Below are positions 53,668-62,296 of a DNA stretch of 64,000 nucleotides, piece by piece. Position 1 is the first letter of the stretch; each line of letters begins with the position of its first letter. This DNA is from an uncultured Alphaproteobacteria bacterium (lineage in GTDB: Bacteria; Pseudomonadota; Alphaproteobacteria; Rhodobacterales; Rhodobacteraceae). Location: positions 24,102-88,101 of the forward strand of contig CAWFGD010000002.1 in NCBI GenBank assembly GCA_963815275.1, in the 5' to 3' direction. The notes under the pieces were generated by a model that was given only the letters and a program-made list of their open reading frames with translations, was not told where the DNA came from and did no database searches. The position numbers and the translations under genes were made by a program.

Positions 53668-53919
53668 TCAAGACCGGGAAGCCGGTGGCGGGGGCATCGA
53701 ACCCCCGCCGCCGGCGCTGCCGGTGAGAGTGGCGATCGGTCTCACCAGAGCGCGCGGCAGCTGCGGAAGGGCGCGCAATGCCCCCGGAGGTGGCCAGCCG
53801 GTGCGGTCATCGCGCCAGATGACATTTTCGTGAGCGGCCGCGGCCTGCGTCTCTAGTGGCTAGGCGGACTGCCAAGCTTCGGTATAGTCGCGGCAGTCCT
53901 CACAAACCGGAGCCAGCCC

Positions 53920-54357
53920 ATGACCTTCAAGACCAAAGCCTTTGCTGCCGTCTGCCTCTTTGTCGCAAGCGCCGCTTTCGCCGAGACCGAAGCCACCGAT
54001 CCCGCTGAAATCGCGCGTCAGGATTTGATGAAATCCTTTGGCGGCGCGGCCAAGACCTTGGGCGAGATGGCGGCTGGCAAGACCGCCTATGACGCCGCCG
54101 CCGCAGCGGCTGCCAAGGCGACGCTGACCGCGGCCGCCACAGAGATTCCCGCCAAGTTCGAAGTGGCAAATACCGATCCGGCTTCCAAGGCCAGCCCGGA
54201 TATCTGGACCAACTGGGACGATTTCGCTGCCAAGGCCAAAGCTCTGGGCGATGCCGGTGCCGCGCTTGATGTCGCCTCGGTCGAAAGCATCGGCGCGGGC
54301 ATGGAGGCCATTGGCGGGGCCTGCAAGGATTGCCACACCAAGTACCGCATGAAGTAA
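53920..54357 (+). CDS. Cytochrome c' (class II cytochrome c)
   Basis: Signal peptide; C-terminal CKDCH; IWTNWDDF. Confidence 0.88.
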   Translation: MTFKTKAFAAVCLFVASAAFAETEATDPAEIARQDLMKSFGGAAKTLGEMAAGKTAYDAAAAAAAKATLTAAATEIPAKFEVANTDPASKASPDIWTNWDDFAAKAKALGDAGAALDVASVESIGAGMEAIGGACKDCHTKYRMK

Positions 54358-54382
54358 GCTAAATCTCTGGCTGGACCCGCCC

Positions 54383-54436
54383 CCGTGCGGGTTCAGCCGC
54401 AAAACAGCCGTGCGGGTTCAGCCGCAAAACAGCCGT
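54383..54436. repeat. 25-bp tandem duplication
   Basis: ccgtgcgggttcagccgcaaaacag x2 plus ccgt. Confidence 0.9.
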
Positions 54437-54757
54437 TTGATGCGCCCGGCGCTATCGACCTGGGCGTCAAGCCTTGTGCTGTCAAGATCGCCACTGACCT
54501 CTTGCCCCGGCCAGATCACCCGCAGCCTGCCTGCAACGGGGTCGGTCCGCCAGCAGGGTGAAATCCTGCCCGGTCAGATCGGCCAGCGCCGCAGCCCCAC
54601 AGTGATCGGGCAGCTCTGGGATCATCTCGTTGACCGGACCCATCACATAGGCGGCGCGCTGAAAGCAGCCCGCCAGGGGCAGGGTCGCGGCCAGCAGCAG
54701 GACCCCCAACAGCAGATCAGGCGGGGGAAAGCTGCGTAACTGCAAGGGCCACTTCAT
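54418..54757 (-). CDS. Peptidase inhibitor I78-like lipoprotein (one indel near 54540)
   Basis: LAGC lipobox; DHCGAAAL..GQ; RVIWPG...RLFCG stop in a second frame. Confidence 0.7.
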
Positions 54758-54919
54758 TTAAATACAGAACTCGCGCAACTCTAGCGGCCTGCCCCGCCGC
54801 CGCAACGGCAAAACGCTTGCCGCCACAAGGTTCGACATCTTGCGGGGCAAACCCGGTTTCACGCGTTGCAATTTCCCGGCGCTTGCCGCAGTTTTGCGCA
54901 AATCAACAGGAGAGCCCTC

Positions 54920-56050
<1,131 letters not shown>

Positions 56051-56051
<1 letters not shown>

Positions 56052-56831
56052 TGGCCCGCGATGGCACCAAGCTTCTCGCCGTTCTGATTGATGCCGACAA
56101 CGTCTCGGCCTCGGCGGCCGAGGCGATCTTGCGCGAGATTGCCGCCTATGGCGAGCCCAGCCTGCGGCGGGTTTATGGCGATTGGTCGTCGCAGGCGCTG
56201 GGCAACTGGAAGAAGGTGGCGCTGGATCTTGGCCTTGTGATGCATCAGCAATCGGCCAATACCAAGGGCAAGAATGCCTCTGACATTGGCCTTGTGATCG
56301 ACGCGATGGACATCCTGCATGGCGGCAAGTTTGACGGCTTTGTGCTGGTGTCGTCTGACAGCGATTTCACCCGGTTGGCCAGCCGTATCCGCGAGGATGG
56401 GCTGGAAGTGATCGGCATTGGCGAGGAAAAGACCCCGCCCGCGCTGCGCAATGTCTGCAATCGCTTTGTGTTTATCGAGAACATTCTGCGCGACACCGAT
56501 GCGCCGGAACCTGCCAAGCCAGCTCGCAGTAGAGGCGAAAAAGCCCGATATGTAGAGGCTCCGAAAGTGGCTGCCGCTGCGCCAGCCTCGGCAACGAAGC
56601 TGCCCCATACCAAGGCCGTGCCACTGGTGCGCAAGGCGATGAATGCGATTGACCCGGATGGCGACTGGTATTCGCTGGGCCAGGTCGGCCAGTTTATCCA
56701 GCGCGAGAACCCGGATTTCGATCCGCGCACCTATGGATCGTCCAAGCTGTCGGATCTGATCAAGCGCAGCGAGTGCTTTCGAGGTGCGGCAAGGTCAGGG
56801 CAACCATCTGGAAGTGCGGCGCAGGGATTGA
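56051..56831 (+). CDS. NYN (LabA/DUF88) domain protein with C-terminal OST-HTH/LOTUS domain (indel near 56778)
   Basis: IDADN, KNASD, IDAMD, SSDSDF; PDFDPRTYG..KLSDLI. Confidence 0.85.
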
Positions 56832-56835
56832 GGCG

Positions 56836-57307
56836 ATGGCGGCAACGCAGGGTCTGCGCTTTCTCGAAAGCCTCGGGGTCGCGGTGACGCTGCATCCCTA
56901 TGCCTATGATCCGACGGCCGAAGCGGTCGGGCTTGCCGCCGCTGCGGCGCTGGGGCTGGATGCGGCGCTGGGTGCTGAAAACCCTGATGGTCGAGGTCGA
57001 TGGCAAGGCGGCTTGTTGTGTGATCCCTTCGGATCGCCAACTGTCGATGAAACGCGTCGCGGCGGCCTTTGGTGGCAAGCAGGCCGCGATGATGGCGGTG
57101 CCCCAGGCGGAAAAGCTGACCGGTTATCGCGTCGGCGGCATCAGCCCCTTTGGCCAAAGGCGCGCGGTGCCGGTGGCGATGGAGTTTAGCGTGCTCGAGG
57201 CAGAGAAGGTCTGGATCAACGCGGGCCAGCGCGGCCTGCTGCTCGGGATTGCACCGAAGCAGGCCTGCGACGCCCTAAAGGCCAGAGCCGCGGTCCTGAT
57301 TGCCTGA
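56836..57307 (+). CDS. ybaK: YbaK-family aminoacyl-tRNA deacylase (indel near 56970)
   Basis: VLKTL, TGYRVGGISPFGQ, NAGQRG. Confidence 0.87.
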
Positions 57308-57330
57308 GATCTGCTTGGCAACTGAGCTTT

Positions 57331-57418
57331 GGTCATCCTCTCTGTTCAAATATCCTGCGGGGATAGGATTTGGCGCTTGGGCCAAATCCGTAAGGGGCGC
57401 AAAGCCCCTTGGCGCGGT
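57331..57418 (+). repeat. 88-bp two-hairpin element, copy 1
   Basis: 84/88 identical to 58672-58759 by manual alignment. Confidence 0.92.
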
Positions 57419-57433
57419 GGGACAGAGGGCTCC

Positions 57434-58306
57434 TCAGAACAGGGTCCGCACCCAATCGAGAAAATGCTGGGTGGCCGGACGGCGTGGCCCGGCGGGCAGG
57501 ACGGCGTAGTAATGCGTTTCGGGCAGGCCCGGCAGCGGCACTTCGCGCAGCCGGCCCGCGGCCAGATCATCCCGCACCGCAATCTCGGAGGCAAGGATCA
57601 GCCCCAGCCCCAGCAGCGCCGCCGGGACTTCCAGCGCGGCGCCGCCGATCATGACCTTCTTCAGCGCCTCTATCTGAATTCCGGCCCGTTCAAGCATCCC
57701 GCGATCCTGACGGTTTTCGCTGAGAAAGATCCAAGGCAGCGCCCTGACGTCGACCGGCCCCGCAGCCAAAAGCGCGGGCGCGCCCGCGACGATCATGCGC
57801 GACTTCGCCAGATGGATGGTCTCATAAAGATGCGCCTCGGGTCCCTCGGGTCGCAGGCCGCGAATGCCAAGATCGTAGCCTTCGCGGATCAGATCAACCG
57901 CGCCATAGGCGGGGTTGATCATCACCTCGATATCGGGGTGGCGGGCGAAGAACTCTGACAGGCGCGGCAGGATCACGTTTTGCCCGGTATAGGGCGTGGT
58001 GGCGATGCGCAAGCCGCGCTGGCGGTCCTGACGCTGGGCGCTGGCAATTGCCTCGGCCAGCGCATCAAAGCCCGCAGCAAGGCCCCGCGCCAGACCTTCG
58101 CCCTGCGGCGTCAGGCTGACCGCGCGGCCGAGGCGCTGCACCAGCGGCAGGCCGAGCCCGCGTTCCAGCGCGCGCACCTGTTGGGCCACCGCGGCATGGG
58201 TGACGTTCAGCGCCCGCCCCGCCCCGGTAAAGCCGCCGTGCCGCGCGGTTGCATCAAAGGCGCGCAGAGCGGCAAGCGGGGGCAGGGTTCGCCAATCCAG
58301 TGTCAT
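57434..58306 (-). CDS. LysR-family regulator (GcvA-like)
   Basis: LPPLAALRAF, LNVTHAAVAQQVRALE. Confidence 0.9.
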   Translation of the reverse strand: MTLDWRTLPPLAALRAFDATARHGGFTGAGRALNVTHAAVAQQVRALERGLGLPLVQRLGRAVSLTPQGEGLARGLAAGFDALAEAIASAQRQDRQRGLRIATTPYTGQNVILPRLSEFFARHPDIEVMINPAYGAVDLIREGYDLGIRGLRPEGPEAHLYETIHLAKSRMIVAGAPALLAAGPVDVRALPWIFLSENRQDRGMLERAGIQIEALKKVMIGGAALEVPAALLGLGLILASEIAVRDDLAAGRLREVPLPGLPETHYYAVLPAGPRRPATQHFLDWVRTLF

Positions 58307-58402
58307 GTTAGTCAGGCTTTCATCTCAAGTATTTTCCTGAGTCGTATTCTTACAGGTTTTGCGGGATAAATGGATATGTTTTCTGACCATCGCAGGTGCG
58401 AA

Positions 58403-58648
58403 ATGTTACATCTTCCCAATCTTGACCTCTTGCATGTCAAGGCGGCTTATCATCCAGATGGGCAGGCAAAGGACCGCCATGCGCATCACGCTTTGGCTCT
58501 GGGCCAGGCACAGCGGCACGCGCGGCGCGGCAGATGGCTGGCGCGGCGGGGGGCTGTGGCGCGGGTCTTGCGGGCTGTGCTGAAACGGCTTTCTCGCAAA
58601 GAGGTCGCGCCAAAACCCATGGCCCGATGCCCGCAGCAACCCTGCTGA
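58403..58648 (+). CDS. Hypothetical small Arg-rich protein
   Basis: GCAGGTG RBS before ATG 58403 (ORF open from 58370); divergent from LysR. Confidence 0.5.
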   Translation: MLHLPNLDLLHVKAAYHPDGQAKDRHAHHALALGQAQRHARRGRWLARRGAVARVLRAVLKRLSRKEVAPKPMARCPQQPC

Positions 58649-58671
58649 CACTAGCCGGGCAGGAGTCCCAA

Positions 58672-58759
58672 GGTCATCCTCTCTGCACAAATATCCTGCG
58701 GGGATAGGGTTTGGCGCTTGGGCCAAACCCGTAAGGGGCGCAAAGCCCCTTGGCGCGGT
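58672..58759 (+). repeat. 88-bp two-hairpin element, copy 2
   Basis: Direct repeat of 57331-57418. Confidence 0.92.
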
Positions 58760-58783
58760 CAAAGGCGCGCGCGCCGCTGCCGG

Positions 58784-59257
58784 TCAGGCATTGGCCCCGA
58801 TGAACCAAGCGTCCTTGTCGACCGCCCGGCTGACTTCGGTGAAGAGGTCGGCGGTATCGGCGTCGCCTGCGCTATCGGCGGTGTCGATGGCTTTGCGCAG
58901 CTCACCACCCACTTGCATGAAGCGCTGTTTCAGCGCCTCGACGTGCTGGTCGATCGCCGAGATATCCTTGGGATAGGCCTGCATCGTTGCGGCCTGGCCC
59001 ACGGTCTCGAGCGTGCCTTCGGCAAAGCCGCCCAGCATCACGGCGCGTTCGGCGATCATGTCGGCGCCTTCACGCATGCGGTCGGCGACCTCGTCGAGCA
59101 ATTCATGCACGCCGATGAATCCCTGGCCCTTCAAATTCCAATGCGCCTGCTTGACCGCGAGGGTCAGGGCAATGGCATTGGCGAGGTTGGCGTTGAGCAG
59201 ATCGACCATCTGCTTGCGGGCGTCCTGGGTGATTTCAGCGACAAAATTCTCGGGCAT
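58784..59257 (-). CDS. dps: Dps DNA-protection ferritin-like protein
   Basis: KQAHWNLKG, HELLDE, DMIAER, DKDAWF. Confidence 0.94.
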   Translation of the reverse strand: MPENFVAEITQDARKQMVDLLNANLANAIALTLAVKQAHWNLKGQGFIGVHELLDEVADRMREGADMIAERAVMLGGFAEGTLETVGQAATMQAYPKDISAIDQHVEALKQRFMQVGGELRKAIDTADSAGDADTADLFTEVSRAVDKDAWFIGANA

Positions 59258-59308
59258 GTTGGCTTCCCTTCTTGCAAGGTTGTGGTGCGGATGCAGTTCC
59301 GACAGCTA

Positions 59309-59334
59309 AACGCGGTTGCCGGCTCTGTGGTTCC
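59309..59334 (-). promoter_or_regulatory. Sigma-EcfG-type (general stress) promoter of dps
   Basis: GGAAC-N17-CGTT on the minus strand, ending about 50 nt upstream of the dps ATG. Confidence 0.7.
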
Positions 59335-59447
59335 TTGCTGGGGCGGATTGTTGGGGTGGCGTGCGGAAAGGATTGGCTGCGGCGGGGTTGCCTTGCGCCG
59401 CGATCAAGGTGCAGGTTGGGCGCAGACGAGACAGGCAGGAGACGGCA

Positions 59448-60992
59448 ATGAATGGCGCGGAAACTTTGGTGAAAACCTTGCTCGGATCGGGGGTTGATGT
59501 CTGCTTTGCCAATCCCGGCACCTCGGAGATGCATTTCGTGGCGGCGCTGGACAGTCACCCCGAGATGCGCTGCATTCTGTGCCTGTTCGAGGGTGGGGCC
59601 AGCGGGGCTGCGGATGGCTATTTCCGCATGACCGGCCGGGTGGCGGCAACGCTGCTGCACCTTGCCCCGGGTTTTGGCAATGCCTTTGCCAATCTGCACA
59701 ACGCCCGCAAGGCGCAGTCGGGTGTGTTGAATGTGATGGGCGAGCATGCCTCTTATCATCTGAAATACGAGGCGCCGCTGAAAGGCGATACCGAGGCCAT
59801 CAGCCGGACGATTTCGCAGTGGACGCGGACCTCGGGCGATGCTGCCTCGGTGGCGCGCGACGGGGCCGAGGCGATCCGGGCGGCGCGCAGCAAGAACGGC
59901 CAGATTGCCACGCTGATCCTGCCTGCCAATACCGCCTGGGAGGAGGCTTCGGCGCCGGAGGTGGCGGCCGAGCCTGCGGCCTTGCAGCGGCCCTCGCTGG
60001 CGCAGATTGCGGCGGCGGCGGTGGCTTTGCGCCAACCGGGGGCGGCGCTTTTGGTCGATGGCACGGCGCTGCACGGGCCTTTGGGCGAGGTGGCGCTGCG
60101 GATTGCCAAGGCGACGGGCTGCCGCTTGCTGGGCCCTTGCCTGGCGGCACGGGTGCGGCGCGGTGCGGGCTCGGTGCCCTTCGAGCGGCTGGCCTATGTG
60201 GTGGAGGAAAACGTCGCGGTGCTGGCGGGGATCACCAGTCTGGTGCTGTGTGGTACGCAAGAGCCGACAAGCTTTTTCGCCTATCCGGGCAAGCCCAGCC
60301 TGCCCGCCCCGCCAGATTGCCGCATCCTGCCGCTGGGCGGTCTGGACGGCGATTATGGCTGGAGCTTGCAAGCGCTCGCAGAGGCGGTGGGGGCGGGGGA
60401 GTTGGCGTCGGGCGATCTGGTGGCGCTGGCGGTGCCAGAGCTGGCCAGCGGCGCGATGGATCTTGCCAAGATCGGGCAGAGCTTTGCTGCGCTGCTGCCC
60501 GAGGAGGCCATCGTGGTTGACGAGGGCATCACCTCGTCGCGGTTTTTCCTTGCGGCGAGTGTTTCGGCGCGGGGCCATGACTGGCTGGCGGTGACGGGCG
60601 GCGCGATCGGCTATGGCATGCCTGCGGCGGTGGGGGCGGCGGTGGCCTGCCCCGGGCGCAAGGTGGTCTGTGTCGAGGGCGACGGCTCGGGCATGTATAC
60701 GTTGCAGTCGCTGTGGACCATGGCGCGCGAGGGTCTGGATGTCTGTGTGGTGATCCTGTCGAACCGTGGCTATCAGATCCTGCGCGGTGAATTGGCCAAT
60801 GTCGGGGTCACCGATGTCGGGCGCAACGCGGTGCGGATGTTCGACGTGGTCGAGCCTTCGCTGGATTGGGTGGCGTTGGCCAAGGGCCATGGCGTCGCGG
60901 CGGTGCAGGTGCGCGACTTGGATGGTTTCAATGCAGCCTTTGCCGGAGCCATGGCGCAGCGCGGGCCGTTTCTGATCGAGGTGATGTGCTGA
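59448..60992 (+). CDS. ThDP-dependent enzyme, acetolactate synthase large subunit-like
   Basis: FANPGTSEMH, GDG...N ThDP motif; no small-subunit gene adjacent. Confidence 0.85.
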   Translation: MNGAETLVKTLLGSGVDVCFANPGTSEMHFVAALDSHPEMRCILCLFEGGASGAADGYFRMTGRVAATLLHLAPGFGNAFANLHNARKAQSGVLNVMGEHASYHLKYEAPLKGDTEAISRTISQWTRTSGDAASVARDGAEAIRAARSKNGQIATLILPANTAWEEASAPEVAAEPAALQRPSLAQIAAAAVALRQPGAALLVDGTALHGPLGEVALRIAKATGCRLLGPCLAARVRRGAGSVPFERLAYVVEENVAVLAGITSLVLCGTQEPTSFFAYPGKPSLPAPPDCRILPLGGLDGDYGWSLQALAEAVGAGELASGDLVALAVPELASGAMDLAKIGQSFAALLPEEAIVVDEGITSSRFFLAASVSARGHDWLAVTGGAIGYGMPAAVGAAVACPGRKVVCVEGDGSGMYTLQSLWTMAREGLDVCVVILSNRGYQILRGELANVGVTDVGRNAVRMFDVVEPSLDWVALAKGHGVAAVQVRDLDGFNAAFAGAMAQRGPFLIEVMC

Positions 60993-61135
60993 AACACCCT
61001 GTTTTTACTGCCTAAAGTAGAGTGAATGTGTCGCTTTCGCCCTTAAGGCGAAATTCTGACGCAGTTCACATAAACTTTAGGCCTAGGGACGATCTTCGCG
61101 CGTGACCGGGCATTGTGGCTCTGCAAGAACGGTCC

Positions 61136-61474
61136 ATGGACCATCGCAATCCGTCGCCAGAAGAGTTGAGTGAATTTGCGATAACCTTTCTCCTTTCGGG
61201 GCAGGGCGGTGCCCGCAGGCTTGCCGTAACCCTGGCCGAGCGGATGCCGGAGTGCGCGCCGTTGGAGCTGGTGTTTCTGCTCTCGCATACTGCGGCGGCG
61301 ATCGAGGAGAACTTCAGCGGGGAGGCGATGACAGGGCTGGCGCAGGATGCCTGGCGGGTGGCGGCGCTGCTGGCGGTGGATCTGCACATGATGGCGTTGC
61401 GCGAGATGAAAGCGCAGAGCTGTGCGGATCTCTTGCACTATTGGCAGACGGTGGACGGCTATTTCCTGCGCTAG
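61136..61474 (+). CDS. Hypothetical helical protein
   Basis: 112-aa ORF with plausible codon usage that fills the gap; no motif recognised. Confidence 0.6.
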   Translation: MDHRNPSPEELSEFAITFLLSGQGGARRLAVTLAERMPECAPLELVFLLSHTAAAIEENFSGEAMTGLAQDAWRVAALLAVDLHMMALREMKAQSCADLLHYWQTVDGYFLR

Positions 61475-61483
61475 AGGCGGCGT

Positions 61484-62296
61484 CTAGCGCCCGCGTGTCC
61501 AGCCTGCGCTGCGGCCAGTTTTTACCGCGAGCGAGACGGCGGCATAGGTGGCAAACCCTGCCGGATCGCGGAGGGCCAGGGCCGTCAGGTGCGCGGGGGT
61601 GAGCGGGGCTTTGGCTTCGCGGGCAAGCAGGCCGGGGTAGAGGCGGTCGATCTCGGCCACGCCTGCGTTCTGGCGGCGACGAACCCGGGTGAGGGCGGCA
61701 AAACCTTCGATCATTGGCCAGTCATAGGTTTCGGGGCATTGCAGCCGCTCTTCGGCGGCGAATTGCAGGCGCACGAAGGTGTCGTCAGAAATGATCGCGG
61801 GAAAGTCACCCCAGCGGGCGCGACCCGGCGCGTTGGTGGCAAAGAGCCCATAGCCCGGGGCGTTGGACTGCGCGAAGGGGAGTTTTTGCCAGAAGCGGGC
61901 ATAGGCGCGGGTGACGCGGGAGTTTGCCCGCGGAATGCGCGGGGTGCCTGTGGCGTAAAGCGGCGTTGCGGTTTGCAGCGCTGTGGCGAGCGCGGGCATC
62001 AGTTTAGGCGAGACGATGACATCGGCGTCGAGATAGACGCGCAGCGGGTATGTCGCGGCGCGGTCGCCCTGGTTGAGCGCGTTGGGTTTGCCGCCTTGCG
62101 CGAGGTCGAGCACGGTCAGCGACCAGCCCTGCGCCTTGGCCAAGGCGGCGTGGCTGCGGGCGACTTCGGCGGTGTTGTCACGGCAGCCGTTGGCGGCGAC
62201 GATGGCTTCGGCTTGGATGCCGCTGTCAAAAAGCGCGGTCAGGCAGGCGCCGATATAGCTGGCCTCGTTGCAGGCCGGGATGATGACGCTCAGCAC
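61484..62296 (-). CDS. GT2-family glycosyltransferase
   Basis: SVIIPACNE, GKPNALN, DAD, SDD. Confidence 0.88.
   Translation of the reverse strand: MLSVIIPACNEASYIGACLTALFDSGIQAEAIVAANGCRDNTAEVARSHAALAKAQGWSLTVLDLAQGGKPNALNQGDRAATYPLRVYLDADVIVSPKLMPALATALQTATPLYATGTPRIPRANSRVTRAYARFWQKLPFAQSNAPGYGLFATNAPGRARWGDFPAIISDDTFVRLQFAAEERLQCPETYDWPMIEGFAALTRVRRRQNAGVAEIDRLYPGLLAREAKAPLTPAHLTALALRDPAGFATYAAVSLAVKTGRSAGWTRGR

Noticed and set aside
53681-53715. tRNA/tmRNA-like T-arm (GGGGG-TTCGATG-CCCCC on the minus strand)
   Set aside because: No acceptor stem, D arm, anticodon arm or correctly placed CCA
54853-54870. parS-like GTTTCAC half-site
   Set aside because: The second half does not match GTGAAAC
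57331-58759. CRISPR array or IS ends
   Set aside because: Only two 88-bp copies separated by whole genes; no spacers, cas or transposase genes
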